Below, in pieces: positions 27,294 to 38,032 of a DNA stretch of 64,000 nucleotides. Source of the DNA: an uncultured Eubacteriales bacterium (GTDB lineage Bacteria > Bacillota > Clostridia > Oscillospirales > Acutalibacteraceae); assembly GCA_905198155.1 (NCBI GenBank), contig CAJKBQ010000004.1, positions 28,875-92,874 of the forward strand. Reading direction: 5' to 3'. The notes under the pieces were generated by a model. That model saw only the letters and a program-made list of their open reading frames with translations, had not been told where the DNA came from and did not search any database. The translations under genes were made by a program, and so were the position numbers. Positions within the stretch are counted from its first letter, which is position 1. The number at the start of each line of letters is the position of its first letter.

Positions 27294-28367
27294 TTACGCG
27301 AAATCTGCGATAATCCCGCCGCCCAATATCCAGTCGCCGTCCGTAAAGACCACCGACTGTCCCGGCGTGATGGCGCGCTGCGGATCGTCAAACACAACGC
27401 GCACTGTTTGGCCTGCTGCCGGTTCAATGCGGCAGGGTGCGGGCACCGCCTGGTAGCGAATGCGGGCTTCGGCGCGGATCGGTTGGGTCAACACGTCAAA
27501 CTGGATCCAATTCAGTTGCTCGGCAATCAGTTCGGACGCGTATTGGCTGCCCTCCGGCCCCAGCACCACCTGGTTTTTTTTGGCATTGATACGCGTCACA
27601 TACATCGGTGCGCCGAATGAAATGCCCAGTCCTTTGCGCTGGCCGACGGTGTAGTGCGTAATGCCGCGATGGTGCCCCAGCACACGGCCGGATGCGTCCA
27701 CAAAATCGCCCTCCGGCGCGGTTCTGCCGGTATATTGCGTGATAAACCGGACGTAGTTTTGGTCTTTGACAAAGCAAATTTCTTCGCTGTCCGGCTTTTT
27801 GGCAATCGGGAGATGTGCCTGCGCCGCCAAGGCGCGCACCTGCGGCTTTTCGAGTTCGGACAGTGGGAACCGGATGTGCGACAGCTGGTGCTGCGTGAGC
27901 GTGTACAGCACATAGCTTTGGTCTTTGGCGACCGGCGACCGGCGCAGCAGCCAGCGGCCGCCGCGCTGCACCACCTGGGCATAGTGCCCGGTCGCGACGC
28001 CATCGAACCCCATGTCCAGCGCACGATCCAGCATTGCGCCGAATTTGATCGCCGGGTTACACAGGACGCACGGGTTTGGCGTGCGTCCGCGCAGATATTC
28101 GTCGGCAAACGGCTGCATCACCCGTTCGGCAAACAGCGCAGTAAAATCCATCACATAATGCGGGATACCCAGCGCGGCGCACACGGCTGCCGCATCGGCG
28201 ACGTCGTCCGACGAGCCGCATCCGACGGAGGAGCCGGTCAATGCCGGATCGTCCGGACAGAGACGCAGTGTCATCCCGGCGACGTCAACGCCTTGATCCC
28301 GTAGCATGAGGGCGGCGACGGAGCTATCCACGCCGCCGCTCATCCCAACCATGATTTTTTCGCTCAT
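27294..28367 (-). CDS. mnmA: tRNA 2-thiouridine(34) synthase MnmA.
   Basis: PP-loop SGGVDSS. Overall MnmA features. Confidence 0.85.
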   Translation of the reverse strand: MSEKIMVGMSGGVDSSVAALMLRDQGVDVAGMTLRLCPDDPALTGSSVGCGSSDDVADAAAVCAALGIPHYVMDFTALFAERVMQPFADEYLRGRTPNPCVLCNPAIKFGAMLDRALDMGFDGVATGHYAQVVQRGGRWLLRRSPVAKDQSYVLYTLTQHQLSHIRFPLSELEKPQVRALAAQAHLPIAKKPDSEEICFVKDQNYVRFITQYTGRTAPEGDFVDASGRVLGHHRGITHYTVGQRKGLGISFGAPMYVTRINAKKNQVVLGPEGSQYASELIAEQLNWIQFDVLTQPIRAEARIRYQAVPAPCRIEPAAGQTVRVVFDDPQRAITPGQSVVFTDGDWILGGGIIADFA

Positions 28368-28368
28368 A

Positions 28369-29790
28369 TCACGCATTCACCGACCATTTGGTGCCTTGCG
28401 GCGTATCCGTCAGCGTGATGCCCTTTTGTTTCAGCTCGTCGCGGATGCGATCGGCCTCGGCGTAATTTTTCGCCTTCTTGGCGGCGGCACGCGCGGCAAT
28501 TTGTTCCGCGACATACGATTCCAGTGCGTCGTCGGCTTTCGGCGTTTCATCCGCCGTTTGCAATGCATTGGCGCCCTCGATCAGGTTCAGGGACAGTACG
28601 CGGTCAAAATCTGCGATCAGCGCCAGCTTCGTCGCATCGTTGGTGTCCGCTTTCAGCACGTCGTACAATGCGGTCACGGCCAGCGACGTGTTGAGGTCAT
28701 TGTCGAGCGCATCGGTAAAATCTTTTTTCAGCGCGGCAAACGCGGCTTCATCCACATCGCCGTCATTTTTCAGCGCAGCAATGCGGCTCAGCAATTTCTG
28801 ATACGCCTGCGCGGCATTGTCCAGCGTATCGTACGAAAAGACCAGCGTTTTGCGGTAATGCGATTGGAGGCAGAACAGCCGGTACACCAGCGGGTTGTAT
28901 CCTTTCGATTCCAGCAGCGATACCGTCAGGAACTCACCCTTCGACTTACTCATTTTGCCGTCGTTGGTGTTGAGGTGATGCACATGGAACCAGAAATTGC
29001 ACCATTTGTGACCGGTGTACGCTTCCGACTGGGCAATTTCGTTGGTATGATGCGGAAACGCATTGTCGATGCCGCCGCAGTGGATGTCGAGCCGGTCGCC
29101 GAGGTGCTTCATACTGATGCACGAGCACTCGATGTGCCAACCCGGATATCCCACGCCCCACGGCGAGTCCCATTTCAGTTCCTGGTCTTCAAATTTGGAT
29201 TTGGTGAACCACAGCACAAAGTCGCATTTATTGCGCTTGTTGCCGTCCTCTTCGACGCCGTCACGGACGCCGACAGCCAAATCCTCTTGGTCGTGTTTGT
29301 TGAACACATAGTACTCTTTCAGTTTGGACGTGTCGAAATAGATATTGCCGCCGGCTTCGTACGCGTAACCTTTTTGCAGCAGCACCTGGATCATGTCGAT
29401 GAATCGGTCGATGCAGTTCGTCGCCGGTTCCACCACGTCCGGGCGTTTGATATTCAGCTTTGCGCAGTCTGAGAAAAAAGCATCGGTGTAAAACTGTGCA
29501 ATCTCCATGACGGTTTTGTGCTCCCGGCGCGCGCCTTTGAGCATTTTGTCCTCACCGGTATCGGCATCGCTGGTCAAGTGACCCACATCGGTGATGTTCA
29601 TCACGCGCTTCACGTCGTACCCTTGATACCGAAGGTATTTTTCCAGCACATCTTCCATGATGTAGCTGCGCAGGTTGCCGATGTGCGCGTAGTGATACAC
29701 CGTGGGGCCGCAGGTATACATTTTGACCTTGCCCGGCTCGTTGGGAACAAATTCATCTTTGGTGCGCGTTAAGCTGTTATACAATTTCAT
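28369..29790 (-). CDS. cysS: Cysteine--tRNA ligase.
   Basis: HIGH-type motif (HYAHIGN) and KMSKS. Confidence 0.9.
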   Translation of the reverse strand: MKLYNSLTRTKDEFVPNEPGKVKMYTCGPTVYHYAHIGNLRSYIMEDVLEKYLRYQGYDVKRVMNITDVGHLTSDADTGEDKMLKGARREHKTVMEIAQFYTDAFFSDCAKLNIKRPDVVEPATNCIDRFIDMIQVLLQKGYAYEAGGNIYFDTSKLKEYYVFNKHDQEDLAVGVRDGVEEDGNKRNKCDFVLWFTKSKFEDQELKWDSPWGVGYPGWHIECSCISMKHLGDRLDIHCGGIDNAFPHHTNEIAQSEAYTGHKWCNFWFHVHHLNTNDGKMSKSKGEFLTVSLLESKGYNPLVYRLFCLQSHYRKTLVFSYDTLDNAAQAYQKLLSRIAALKNDGDVDEAAFAALKKDFTDALDNDLNTSLAVTALYDVLKADTNDATKLALIADFDRVLSLNLIEGANALQTADETPKADDALESYVAEQIAARAAAKKAKNYAEADRIRDELKQKGITLTDTPQGTKWSVNA

Positions 29791-29809
29791 TTTTGAAAAC
29801 TTCCTTTCA

Positions 29810-30475
29810 TTAAACGGGGATTTCTTCCGTATTGGATTTTTCTGCTTTTTTCAGCGTGTCGATTTCCTGTTGCATTGCCGTAATCTGGTGATGCATTCGC
29901 ACCAATTCCTGGGTAATCGGGTCGGTAATATGAATTTGATCCAGCAGGCCGACTTTTTCGCCATTGACGCGGGCGATGCGCGCCGGAACGCCAACGGCTG
30001 TTGCATTGGCCGGCACTTCGCTCAGAACCACCGCACCGGCGGCGATCCGCGCATGGTCGCCGATTTTGAACGGGCCGAGCACCTTTGCGCCGGATCCAAC
30101 CATCACATAGTTGCCCAGCGTGGGGTGACGTTTGCCAACGTCTTTGCCGGTACCTCCGAGCGTCACGTTTTGGTACAGCGTGCAGTAATCGCCAATTTCC
30201 GTCGTTTCGCCGATCACAACGCCCATCCCGTGGTCAATAAACAAGCCTTTGCCAATCGTCGCGCCGGGATGAATCTCGATCCCGGTACGGTGGCGGCAGC
30301 GTTGGGAGATCCAGCGTGCGATAAATTTCATGTTGTGCCGGAAAAACCAGTTGGCATACCGGTGCGACCGCACCGCGCGGAATCCGGAGTACAAAAAGTA
30401 CACTTCCAGCCGCGACCGTGCGGCCGGGTCGCGTTCCATGATGGAGTCCAGCTCTGCTTTGAGTTTGTCAAACAT
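29810..30475 (-). CDS. cysE: Serine O-acetyltransferase.
   Basis: Hexapeptide-repeat left-handed beta-helix. N-terminus is CysE-like. Confidence 0.85.
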   Translation of the reverse strand: MFDKLKAELDSIMERDPAARSRLEVYFLYSGFRAVRSHRYANWFFRHNMKFIARWISQRCRHRTGIEIHPGATIGKGLFIDHGMGVVIGETTEIGDYCTLYQNVTLGGTGKDVGKRHPTLGNYVMVGSGAKVLGPFKIGDHARIAAGAVVLSEVPANATAVGVPARIARVNGEKVGLLDQIHITDPITQELVRMHHQITAMQQEIDTLKKAEKSNTEEIPV

Positions 30476-30479
30476 TCCA

Positions 30480-30800
30480 TTAACCTCCTAAGTTTACGGC
30501 GAGCCCTGTCATCGCAGCAAAAACGCCGCCCCGTCCCAACCCCGCACAGGGGCCGAAGGACGGAGGCGGCAATCGCGGTTCCACTCCGATTTTGTGACTC
30601 GTTGGGCCGATAACGGGGCCGATTCCGCGCCGGGATACTGCGCGCGGTCTGCGCGGTTCCCCCGACGAGCTGGCGGGTGCATTTCACTTTTCCGGCCGCA
30701 AACTGCTCGCACCATGTGCAGTTCTCTCTGAGCGGCCCGCAAATAAAGCTACTTCTCCCGGTAAACGCCGATGCATTGCTTGGATGCTTATTCTATTATA
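30480..30800 (-). ncRNA. T-box riboswitch leader (presumably Cys-responsive) with terminator, controlling cysE-cysS-mnmA.
   Basis: On the minus strand there is an extended -10 (TGtATAAT, 30795-30802). The T-box core GAGTGGAACCGCGATT is at 30571-30587. The terminator GCCGCCtCCGTCC...GGGACGGGGCGGC plus TTTTT is at 30517-30570. The leader is ~300 nt. Confidence 0.7.
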
Positions 30801-30826
30801 CATCAACCGATGCAAAATTGCACCTG

Positions 30827-31393
30827 TTATTTTGCAGGATTCAAAAACTTTTTATTTTGCAGCAAGTAGACAATTCCGGAGATCACCGTAAGCGCCACGC
30901 TGACCCAAATCAGCACTGCGCACAGCGGGTTCATCCACACGCCGCCGTCGATCCAGCGCCATGCATCGCACTGACGCAGCGCCATCACCAGGATCGTCAC
31001 CGTCATCTGGCTGGCGGTCTTAACTTTGCCCCAATAATTAGCTGCAATCACCGTACCCTCGCCGACGGCCACCAGCCGCAGCGACGTGACGGTAAATTCC
31101 CGCGCCAAAATCAGGATCACCGCCCATGCACTGCAAATACCCAGCTGCACAAACGCCGTGTATGCCGCGCAGATCAGCAGCTTATCGGCAATGGGATCCA
31201 TAAATTTCCCGAAATTTGTGACCAGATTGTACTTGCGGGCGATTTTGCCGTCCAGCAGATCGGTCAGCGATGCGACGGAAAAAATCAGCAGCGCGTACAG
31301 GTCGTGATTCGGCAGCGACTCCCACAGCAAAAATGCAACAAACACCGGAACCAGCAAAATCCGCAGCAGCGTCAATTTATTCGGCAGATTCAT
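30827..31393 (-). CDS. pgsA: CDP-diacylglycerol--glycerol-3-phosphate 3-phosphatidyltransferase.
   Basis: DLLDGKIAR...DPIADK CDP-alcohol phosphatidyltransferase motif. Confidence 0.85.
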   Translation of the reverse strand: MNLPNKLTLLRILLVPVFVAFLLWESLPNHDLYALLIFSVASLTDLLDGKIARKYNLVTNFGKFMDPIADKLLICAAYTAFVQLGICSAWAVILILAREFTVTSLRLVAVGEGTVIAANYWGKVKTASQMTVTILVMALRQCDAWRWIDGGVWMNPLCAVLIWVSVALTVISGIVYLLQNKKFLNPAK

Positions 31394-31429
31394 CGTTTGT
31401 AACCGTTCCTTTCTATGCAAATCCCGTAC

Positions 31430-32776
31430 TCAGGAATTGGTTTCGCGCGCCGTCAGTTCCCCGATCAGGTCGCCGTCCAACGTATCTGTCACGCGAACCG
31501 TGACCAGTTCTCCGGCGTTGAGCGAATGCGTTTTGGCGGTAAAGAAGATTTTGCCGTCCACTTCCGGCGCATCGGCCGGCGTGCGGCCGAAAAAGCTGGA
31601 CGCATAGCGGTCGTAGCCCTCGACCAGCACCTGCACGGTCGATCCGACTTTTTGCTCCGCGCCTTCCGCCATAATCGTCATTTGCAGCTCCATGATGTTT
31701 TCCTGGCGCTGCTGCTTGACCGATTCGGCCAACTGATCGGGCAATCGTGCAGCCGGAGTGCCGTCCTCGGCGGAATAAGCAAAGCAGCCCAGCCGGTCAA
31801 ACCGGACGTCGCGCACAAACTCCGCCAGCTCGGTAAACTGCGCCTCGGTCTCGCCGGGGAACCCGACCATCACCGTGGTGCGCAGCGTCACTCCGGGAAT
31901 CCGGTCGCGCAGCTTTTGAATCAGCGCCGTCAGCGACGCACGGTCGCCGAAGCGATTCATCCGGCGCAGCACCTGCGCGTCGCAATGCTGCAACGGGATA
32001 TCAATATATTTGACCACTTTCGGTTCGCTTGCAATCGCATCGATCACGTCGTCCGTCAGCCGGTCGGGATAGAGATACAGCACGCGAATCCAGCGCAGGC
32101 CGTCGATCTCCCCCAGCCGGTGCAGCAATTCTGCCAGCCGCGGCGCACCGTACAAATCCACGCCGTACTGCGTGGTATCCTGCGCGATGATGTTCAGTTC
32201 GCGCACGCCGTTTTTCGCCAAGTGCGCCGCTTCCGCCACCAATTCTTCGATCGGACGGCTGCGGAATGCGCCGCGAATCATCGGAATCGCGCAATAGGTA
32301 CATCGGTTGTCGCAGCCTTCCGCAATTTTGAGGTAGGACGTGTAGTACGGCGTCGTCTGGACGCGTTCGCCGCACAGCGGGAGCGCTTCTTTCGGCGGAA
32401 AAATCTCCGGCGCCGCTCCGTCCAGCACCTGCTGCACCAGTTCGACGATCTCGCCATTGGCGCCGATCCCGATCACGGCGTCCACTTCGGGGATTTCGCG
32501 GCGGATTTCCGTACGATACCGCTCCGCCAGGCAGCCCGTGACCAAAATGGCGCGAATGCGGCCTTCTTTTTTTAGCTGCACCAATTCCAGAATTTCTTCA
32601 ATCGCTTCTTTTTTGGCATCGTCGATAAATCCACACGTGTTAACGATTGCGACATCCGCCATCCCGGCCTCTTCGACCAGCTTGTACCCGGCCGCTTGCA
32701 GCTTGCCCATCATCACTTCCGCGTCCACGCGGTTTTTGGCGCAGCCCAAACTGACCAGTCCGATTTTGATTGCCAT
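31430..32776 (-). CDS. rimO: Ribosomal protein S12 methylthiotransferase RimO (radical SAM MTTase).
   Basis: N-terminus MAIKIGLVSLGCAKN. Radical SAM CxxxCxxC. TRAM C-terminus. Confidence 0.75.
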   Translation of the reverse strand: MAIKIGLVSLGCAKNRVDAEVMMGKLQAAGYKLVEEAGMADVAIVNTCGFIDDAKKEAIEEILELVQLKKEGRIRAILVTGCLAERYRTEIRREIPEVDAVIGIGANGEIVELVQQVLDGAAPEIFPPKEALPLCGERVQTTPYYTSYLKIAEGCDNRCTYCAIPMIRGAFRSRPIEELVAEAAHLAKNGVRELNIIAQDTTQYGVDLYGAPRLAELLHRLGEIDGLRWIRVLYLYPDRLTDDVIDAIASEPKVVKYIDIPLQHCDAQVLRRMNRFGDRASLTALIQKLRDRIPGVTLRTTVMVGFPGETEAQFTELAEFVRDVRFDRLGCFAYSAEDGTPAARLPDQLAESVKQQRQENIMELQMTIMAEGAEQKVGSTVQVLVEGYDRYASSFFGRTPADAPEVDGKIFFTAKTHSLNAGELVTVRVTDTLDGDLIGELTARETNS

Positions 32777-32780
32777 ATTC

Positions 32781-33431
32781 TTAATCGAATCCTTTCGTTT
32801 CCTCGTCGTCCCAATCCGGCGTCTCGCTGCGTTGAAGTGCAGCGCGGATATCGTCCCAGCGGTAGCCCATGCGTTGAAGCGCGGCCACTGTGCGCCGGCG
32901 GCCTTTTTCGTCGCCGTATTTCCCGGAAAATTTTGTGCGCAGCAGCGCATCGATGGCCTTGGCCGGATCCGGCGCATATTCTGCCGCCGCATCCGCGGCC
33001 GCCTGCTGCGCCAAATCCCGGTCAATGCCGCGGTGCCGCAGTTCCTGCACGATCCGCATCGTGGAAAAATGCCGGAGCCGGATCAATTCCGCCGCATAGC
33101 GGTGCGCATAGTCTGCATCATCCACCAAACCCAGTTCCTGCGCGCGGACGATGGCCGCGTCAATTGCCGCGGGGGAATGCGCCGTCCGCATTTTCTCCCG
33201 CAGCATCCCGCTGGTGTAGCTGCGGCGTTCGAGCAGCCAAAACGCATAGCTTTTGGCACGCGCAATGTCCGATTCGGCGCAAAGGGTCGTCCATTCGTCG
33301 TCAGTCATCTCATCCCCCGGACGAACACGCAGCCGAACGGCTGTCTCGTAATCCACTTGCCCGGCCGACTGGCCGTCGAGGTAGATTTCCACCATCGACT
33401 TGCGCCGCGGCTCCATCGCGGTCACAAGCAT
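32781..33431 (-). CDS. recX: Recombination regulator RecX.
   Basis: RecX-like helical repeats. Located directly downstream of recA. Confidence 0.75.
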   Translation of the reverse strand: MLVTAMEPRRKSMVEIYLDGQSAGQVDYETAVRLRVRPGDEMTDDEWTTLCAESDIARAKSYAFWLLERRSYTSGMLREKMRTAHSPAAIDAAIVRAQELGLVDDADYAHRYAAELIRLRHFSTMRIVQELRHRGIDRDLAQQAAADAAAEYAPDPAKAIDALLRTKFSGKYGDEKGRRRTVAALQRMGYRWDDIRAALQRSETPDWDDEETKGFD

Positions 33432-34561
33432 CAGTCGTCCACCGAGATGTCAATATTGGTTTTCGCAACCGCCGAACGCGCCGGTTTGCGTGCTGCCGGT
33501 TTTTCGGCGGGCGCTTCCGCAGACGCCTCGGCCGCAGCCGACGGCTCCGCCGCAGCCAGCTGATTCTCCGAAGTACCTTTCAGCTTGGCCATCAATTTGT
33601 GCTCGATTTCAGACGAAATTTCGGGATGTTCTTTCAGGTAATTGCGCGCATTGTCGCGGCCCTGACCCAGCCGGGTCTCGCCGTACGAAAACCATGCGCC
33701 GCCTTTGGTGACGATATCGTATTTTGCAGCCAAATCCAGCAGTTCGCCCAGCCGGTTGATGCCGGTGCCGTACATAATGTCAAATTCCGCCTCGCGGTAC
33801 GGCGGTGCAACTTTATTTTTCACCACTTTGGCGCGCGTGTGCGACCCGATGATCTCGGAACCGTTTTTGATCGATTCCTGCTTGCGGATATCGATGCGCA
33901 CCGATGCGTAATATTTCAGCGCGTTGCCGCCGGTCGTCACTTCGGGGTTGCCGTAGACCACACCGACTTTCAGGCGCAGCTGGTTGATGAAAATCACCAC
34001 GCAGTTCGACCGCGAGATGGCGCCGGCCAGCTTGCGCATGGCCTGGCTCATCAGGCGTGCGTGCAGCCCCATGTGCGAATCGCCCATTTCGCCTTCGATT
34101 TCCGCGCGCGGCACCAGCGCCGCCACAGAGTCCACGACGATCACGTCCACCGCGCTGGAATTGGCCAGCGCCTCAGTGATTTCGAGCGCCGATTCACCGG
34201 TATCCGGCTGCGACACCAGCAGTGCATCCACGTCCACGCCCAGCGCGCGCGCATAAACGGGATCCAGCGCGTGTTCCACGTCGATGAATGCCGCCGTACC
34301 GCCGTTCTTCTGGCCTTCGGCAATGCAGTGCAGCGCCAGCGTCGTCTTGCCGGACGACTCCGGCCCATAAATTTCGACGATTCGACCGCGCGGGAGGCCG
34401 CCGATGCCCAGCGCCAGGTCCAACGTCAACGATCCGGTCGGGATGGCTTCCACTTCCATCGTCCGGTTGTCGCCTAATTTCATGATGGAATCTTTACCGA
34501 ACCGCTTTTCAATTGCGTCCAGTGCATTCTTGAGAGCCTTTTGTTTTTCTTCGTTTAGCAT
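33431..34561 (-). CDS. recA: Recombinase RecA (with an Ala/Pro-rich C-terminal tail).
   Basis: GPESSGKTT Walker A and typical RecA core sequence. Confidence 0.95.
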   Translation of the reverse strand: MLNEEKQKALKNALDAIEKRFGKDSIMKLGDNRTMEVEAIPTGSLTLDLALGIGGLPRGRIVEIYGPESSGKTTLALHCIAEGQKNGGTAAFIDVEHALDPVYARALGVDVDALLVSQPDTGESALEITEALANSSAVDVIVVDSVAALVPRAEIEGEMGDSHMGLHARLMSQAMRKLAGAISRSNCVVIFINQLRLKVGVVYGNPEVTTGGNALKYYASVRIDIRKQESIKNGSEIIGSHTRAKVVKNKVAPPYREAEFDIMYGTGINRLGELLDLAAKYDIVTKGGAWFSYGETRLGQGRDNARNYLKEHPEISSEIEHKLMAKLKGTSENQLAAAEPSAAAEASAEAPAEKPAARKPARSAVAKTNIDISVDD

Positions 34562-34696
34562 AATCGTGTCGCACCCTTTCCGGTGATGATGGATTGAAAT
34601 TCAAAAAAAGAAACGCTGTATATCATTATAGCGGATTTGCGCCGAAAAATCAATATGCAATTTGCAAAGTTCCGTAATCCTTGCAAATTTTTCGGA

Positions 34697-35560
34697 TTAT
34701 TCGGCGGCGCACGGTGCGATTCCGCGCACCACACGGTCAATTCCGGAAAAATCGGGACGAATTTGCACGTCGCGCAGCCCGGCAGCACGGAACGCATCGG
34801 CCAGCGCAGCGCCCTGCCCAATGCCGCACTCCACCGCGAGCAGTCCGCCCGCCGTCAGCATCGGCCGCCAGATACGCAAAATTGCGCGGTAAAAATCCAA
34901 CCCGTCCGCCCCGCCATCCAACGCCATGCGCGGCTCGCGGTGAACCTCACGCTGCAGCCCCGCCAGATCGTCGGTCGGAATGTACGGTGGGTTGGACAGA
35001 ATCACCTCAGCCACCCCGGCCGCTTCGGCCGTTTCCGACCTAGTGATATCGCCTTGCAGAATGCGTGTGCGCTGCGGCTCGGGCGCAATGGCTTCCCGAT
35101 TGCGGTGCAGATACGGCAGTGCATCCGGCGACAGTTCCACTGCCGTCACGGTACAGTCAGGCAATGCCGCTGCGCAGCTCCACCCCACCGCGCCGCTGCC
35201 TGCGCATAAATCGATGATACGGCAAGGGCGATGGCCACAGAATGCCAGCGCCTCGCGCACCAGCAGTTCCGTTTCCGGCCGCGGGATCAGCACGCCTAGC
35301 CCCACCGCAAAGGAATGCGCCATAAACGGCCACGCGCCGAGCAGATATTGCAGCGGTTCTCCGGCCGCACGCCGCGCAATTTGCACATGGAACGGCGCAA
35401 TCCACGACTGCGGTGCAGGGTCGTCCCCATGCATCAGCTGTGCCGTACGATCCCAGCCGGACAGCTGTTCCAGCAGCAGCGACGCATCGAGTGCAGCGGT
35501 ATCAATCCCGGCATCGGCCAATTGCTGCTTCCCGCGTAAATACAATTCCCGAACACGCAT
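34697..35560 (-). CDS. prmC: Release factor glutamine methyltransferase PrmC/HemK.
   Basis: NPPY motif (SNPPYIP) and a SAM-binding region. Confidence 0.8.
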   Translation of the reverse strand: MRVRELYLRGKQQLADAGIDTAALDASLLLEQLSGWDRTAQLMHGDDPAPQSWIAPFHVQIARRAAGEPLQYLLGAWPFMAHSFAVGLGVLIPRPETELLVREALAFCGHRPCRIIDLCAGSGAVGWSCAAALPDCTVTAVELSPDALPYLHRNREAIAPEPQRTRILQGDITRSETAEAAGVAEVILSNPPYIPTDDLAGLQREVHREPRMALDGGADGLDFYRAILRIWRPMLTAGGLLAVECGIGQGAALADAFRAAGLRDVQIRPDFSGIDRVVRGIAPCAAE

Positions 35561-35565
35561 CGCTT

Positions 35566-36513
35566 TCACCGGGACTGTACGTCGATCCGGTCCTCGCCGT
35601 TGGCCGGAATCACAGCCTTCAGCGCATCGATCGCCACTTCGATCATCGAATCGTCCGGCTCCTGCGTGGTAATGTGCTGCATCCACATCCCCGGCGCGGC
35701 GATAATCCGCGTCAGGATATTGTCGTGGCGGCCGCAGAATTTAATCAGCTCATACCCGATGCCCATCGTCACCGGCAGCAGCAGCAGCCGGATCAGCATC
35801 CGCAGCCACGGATTCGGCGTCCGGATGAAAAACCCGATCACAATACCCACCAGCAGCATCAGCACCAAAAAGCTCGTACCGCACCGCGGATGAAACCGCC
35901 GGAACGCGCGAACATTTTCAACCGTCAATTCCTGGCCGTGTTCGTAGCAGAAAATTGTCTTGTGCTCTGCCCCGTGATATTCGAACACGCGGTGAATCTC
36001 TTTGAGCCGCGATACCGCCAGCATATATGCCAGCATAATCAGCAGCCGGAACACGCCTTCAAACACCGAGCGCCACACTGCTCCGCCTGCCAAATCGCGC
36101 AGCAGCAGGTTATACAAAAACGCCGGCAGCCACAAAAACAGCAGGATCGCCAGTCCCAGTCCCAGCACGCCGCCGATGCCTGCGGCGATGGAAACCATCT
36201 TGTCGCCGAAGTGGCGGTTGAGCCACTGATCGAACTTGCTTTCTGGCTCCTCGTCTGCTTCGCCGGATGCCTCTGCCGAATACATCAATGCGCTGTATCC
36301 CAGTTTCATCGAACTGATAAACGAGAAAATGCCGCGTACGAACGGAATTTTCATCACCGGCGACCGGCTGATCGGCGATTTGGGAAATTCTTTTTGCTCG
36401 ATGGTACCGTCCGGCTTACGGACGGAAGCAACCGTTTTGAACGGTCCGTTCATCATAATTCCTTCGATCAGCGCCTGACCGCCGATGGAAGTGCGAATGG
36501 GGGTAGAATTCAT
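35566..36513 (-). CDS. DUF1385-like (YqhQ-like) membrane protein.
   Basis: Multi-TM protein of ~315 aa. Resemblance from memory; low certainty. Confidence 0.5.
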   Translation of the reverse strand: MNSTPIRTSIGGQALIEGIMMNGPFKTVASVRKPDGTIEQKEFPKSPISRSPVMKIPFVRGIFSFISSMKLGYSALMYSAEASGEADEEPESKFDQWLNRHFGDKMVSIAAGIGGVLGLGLAILLFLWLPAFLYNLLLRDLAGGAVWRSVFEGVFRLLIMLAYMLAVSRLKEIHRVFEYHGAEHKTIFCYEHGQELTVENVRAFRRFHPRCGTSFLVLMLLVGIVIGFFIRTPNPWLRMLIRLLLLPVTMGIGYELIKFCGRHDNILTRIIAAPGMWMQHITTQEPDDSMIEVAIDALKAVIPANGEDRIDVQSR

Positions 36514-36550
36514 CGTTTGTTTTCCTTTCTGTTGATTGAATCTGCCGCGC

Positions 36551-38032
36551 TCACTGCGGCGAATCCGGCGTTTCCGCCGTCTCCGCGTGGTACACGGGCA
36601 GACGAATGGTCACGGTTGTGCCGACGCCAACGGCACTATCCAGTTGAAGCGTGCCGTCGTGCTGGCGAATAATTTCATCCGCAACGGCCAGCCCGATTCC
36701 GGATCCACCGCGCGTTTTGTTGGCTCTGTAAAATTTTTCTGTCACCCGCGGCAGATCCTGCGGCTCAATCCCGCAGCCTTCGTCGCGCACCGACACCACC
36801 AGTTCGTCCGCATCCTGATGTGCGTTCACATAGACGCAGCCGCCGGGGGATGAATATTTCACGCCGTTGTCGATGATATTGACAAACACCTGTTTAATCC
36901 GATTGGCGTCGCCGAACGCCGGCGGAAGCGTATCCGGAAAATCGCACACCAACGTGATCTGCTCGCGCTCGGCACGCGCGCGGTACATATATAACGCTTC
37001 CTCTAACTCCGCGATCAAATCCATTTTGTCTTTGAGCACCGACAGCCGGCCGCTTTGCATCCGGGAAAAGTCCAGCAAATCTTCCACCAGGCCGGACAGC
37101 CGTTCCGTTTCTCGCGCGATGGTTTGCAATCCGTGTACCATCGTTTTGCGATCCACCTGATCGACGTTTTGAATCGTCTCCGCCCAGCCGCGAATCGCCG
37201 TCAGCGGCGTGCGCAGTTCGTGCGACACCGACGAGATGAAGTCGTTCTTTATCTTTTCGGCGGCGGCCAGTTCCTGCGCCATGTAATTGACCGTTTCGCT
37301 CAATTCGCCCAATTCATCGTCACGATGCTTGGTCAGCCGTGCGGAAAAATCGCCCTTCGCCACGCGCTTGGCCGTTTGACTGATCTCGCGTACCGGGTTG
37401 ACGATCGAATTGACGAAATAGGATCCGGTCATCAGTACAAACAGCAGAATCAAGATCCCGACCAGCCACAGCGCGCCCATCAGCAGAAAAATCTGGCGGT
37501 CAATCCGCTCAATGGACGATGTCAGCCGGATATAGGCAATCGCCGTCCCCACATGGATGCGGCGCGTTGCGATCATCACCTTTTCGCCGTTCGGCAGCGC
37601 CGTGACGCGGCTCGTCGTGACATCCGTGTCCGGCAGCGGCACCGCAGCGGCGATATTGCTGTCCGACGGGTCAAATCCGGTGCTGGTAATCACCGCATAC
37701 CCTTCCGCATTCAAAACCGTCAGTTCCATGTGCTCTTTGGCTTCAAAATTTTCCACAAAATCGCGCGCCGTTTTTTCCAAATCGGCATTGGACGCACTGT
37801 CGCCGGCTGCCGACACCAGCGATGCGCACACGTCACACCGCGCACGCAGCGCGCGCTCTACGCCGTTGTAGTACCACTGCTTCAACGATATGGAACCGGC
37901 AACTTCAACGGCCATTACCAGCAGCAGCGCCAACCCCAGACTGTTAAACAGCCAGCGGCCAACGATGCTGTGTACCCAGTTTCTTGCCGGCGTATCGACC
38001 GGCGCAGGGCTTGTATTTTTCACTCCTGCCAT
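36551..38032 (-). CDS. Sensor histidine kinase (HAMP-HisKA-HATPase).
   Basis: H-box SHELRTPLTAI. G-boxes. Confidence 0.85.
   Translation of the reverse strand: MAGVKNTSPAPVDTPARNWVHSIVGRWLFNSLGLALLLVMAVEVAGSISLKQWYYNGVERALRARCDVCASLVSAAGDSASNADLEKTARDFVENFEAKEHMELTVLNAEGYAVITSTGFDPSDSNIAAAVPLPDTDVTTSRVTALPNGEKVMIATRRIHVGTAIAYIRLTSSIERIDRQIFLLMGALWLVGILILLFVLMTGSYFVNSIVNPVREISQTAKRVAKGDFSARLTKHRDDELGELSETVNYMAQELAAAEKIKNDFISSVSHELRTPLTAIRGWAETIQNVDQVDRKTMVHGLQTIARETERLSGLVEDLLDFSRMQSGRLSVLKDKMDLIAELEEALYMYRARAEREQITLVCDFPDTLPPAFGDANRIKQVFVNIIDNGVKYSSPGGCVYVNAHQDADELVVSVRDEGCGIEPQDLPRVTEKFYRANKTRGGSGIGLAVADEIIRQHDGTLQLDSAVGVGTTVTIRLPVYHAETAETPDSPQ

Noticed and set aside
28306-29472. 388-aa plus-strand ORF.
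   Set aside because: Antisense to cysS.
32696-34477. 593-aa plus-strand ORF, and similar ORFs at 35413-36672, 41207-42271, 42285-43475, 37055-38146 and 54239-56143.
   Set aside because: All are antisense to confidently assigned housekeeping genes (recA/recX, DUF1385/prmC, the G3E genes, the histidine kinase, ftsH) and have Arg/Gly/His-rich composition typical of GC-rich antisense frames.
34586-34700. Search for a LexA (Cheo) box upstream of recA.
   Set aside because: No convincing CGAAC-N4-GTTCG-like element was seen by eye. A PWM scan is needed before any claim.
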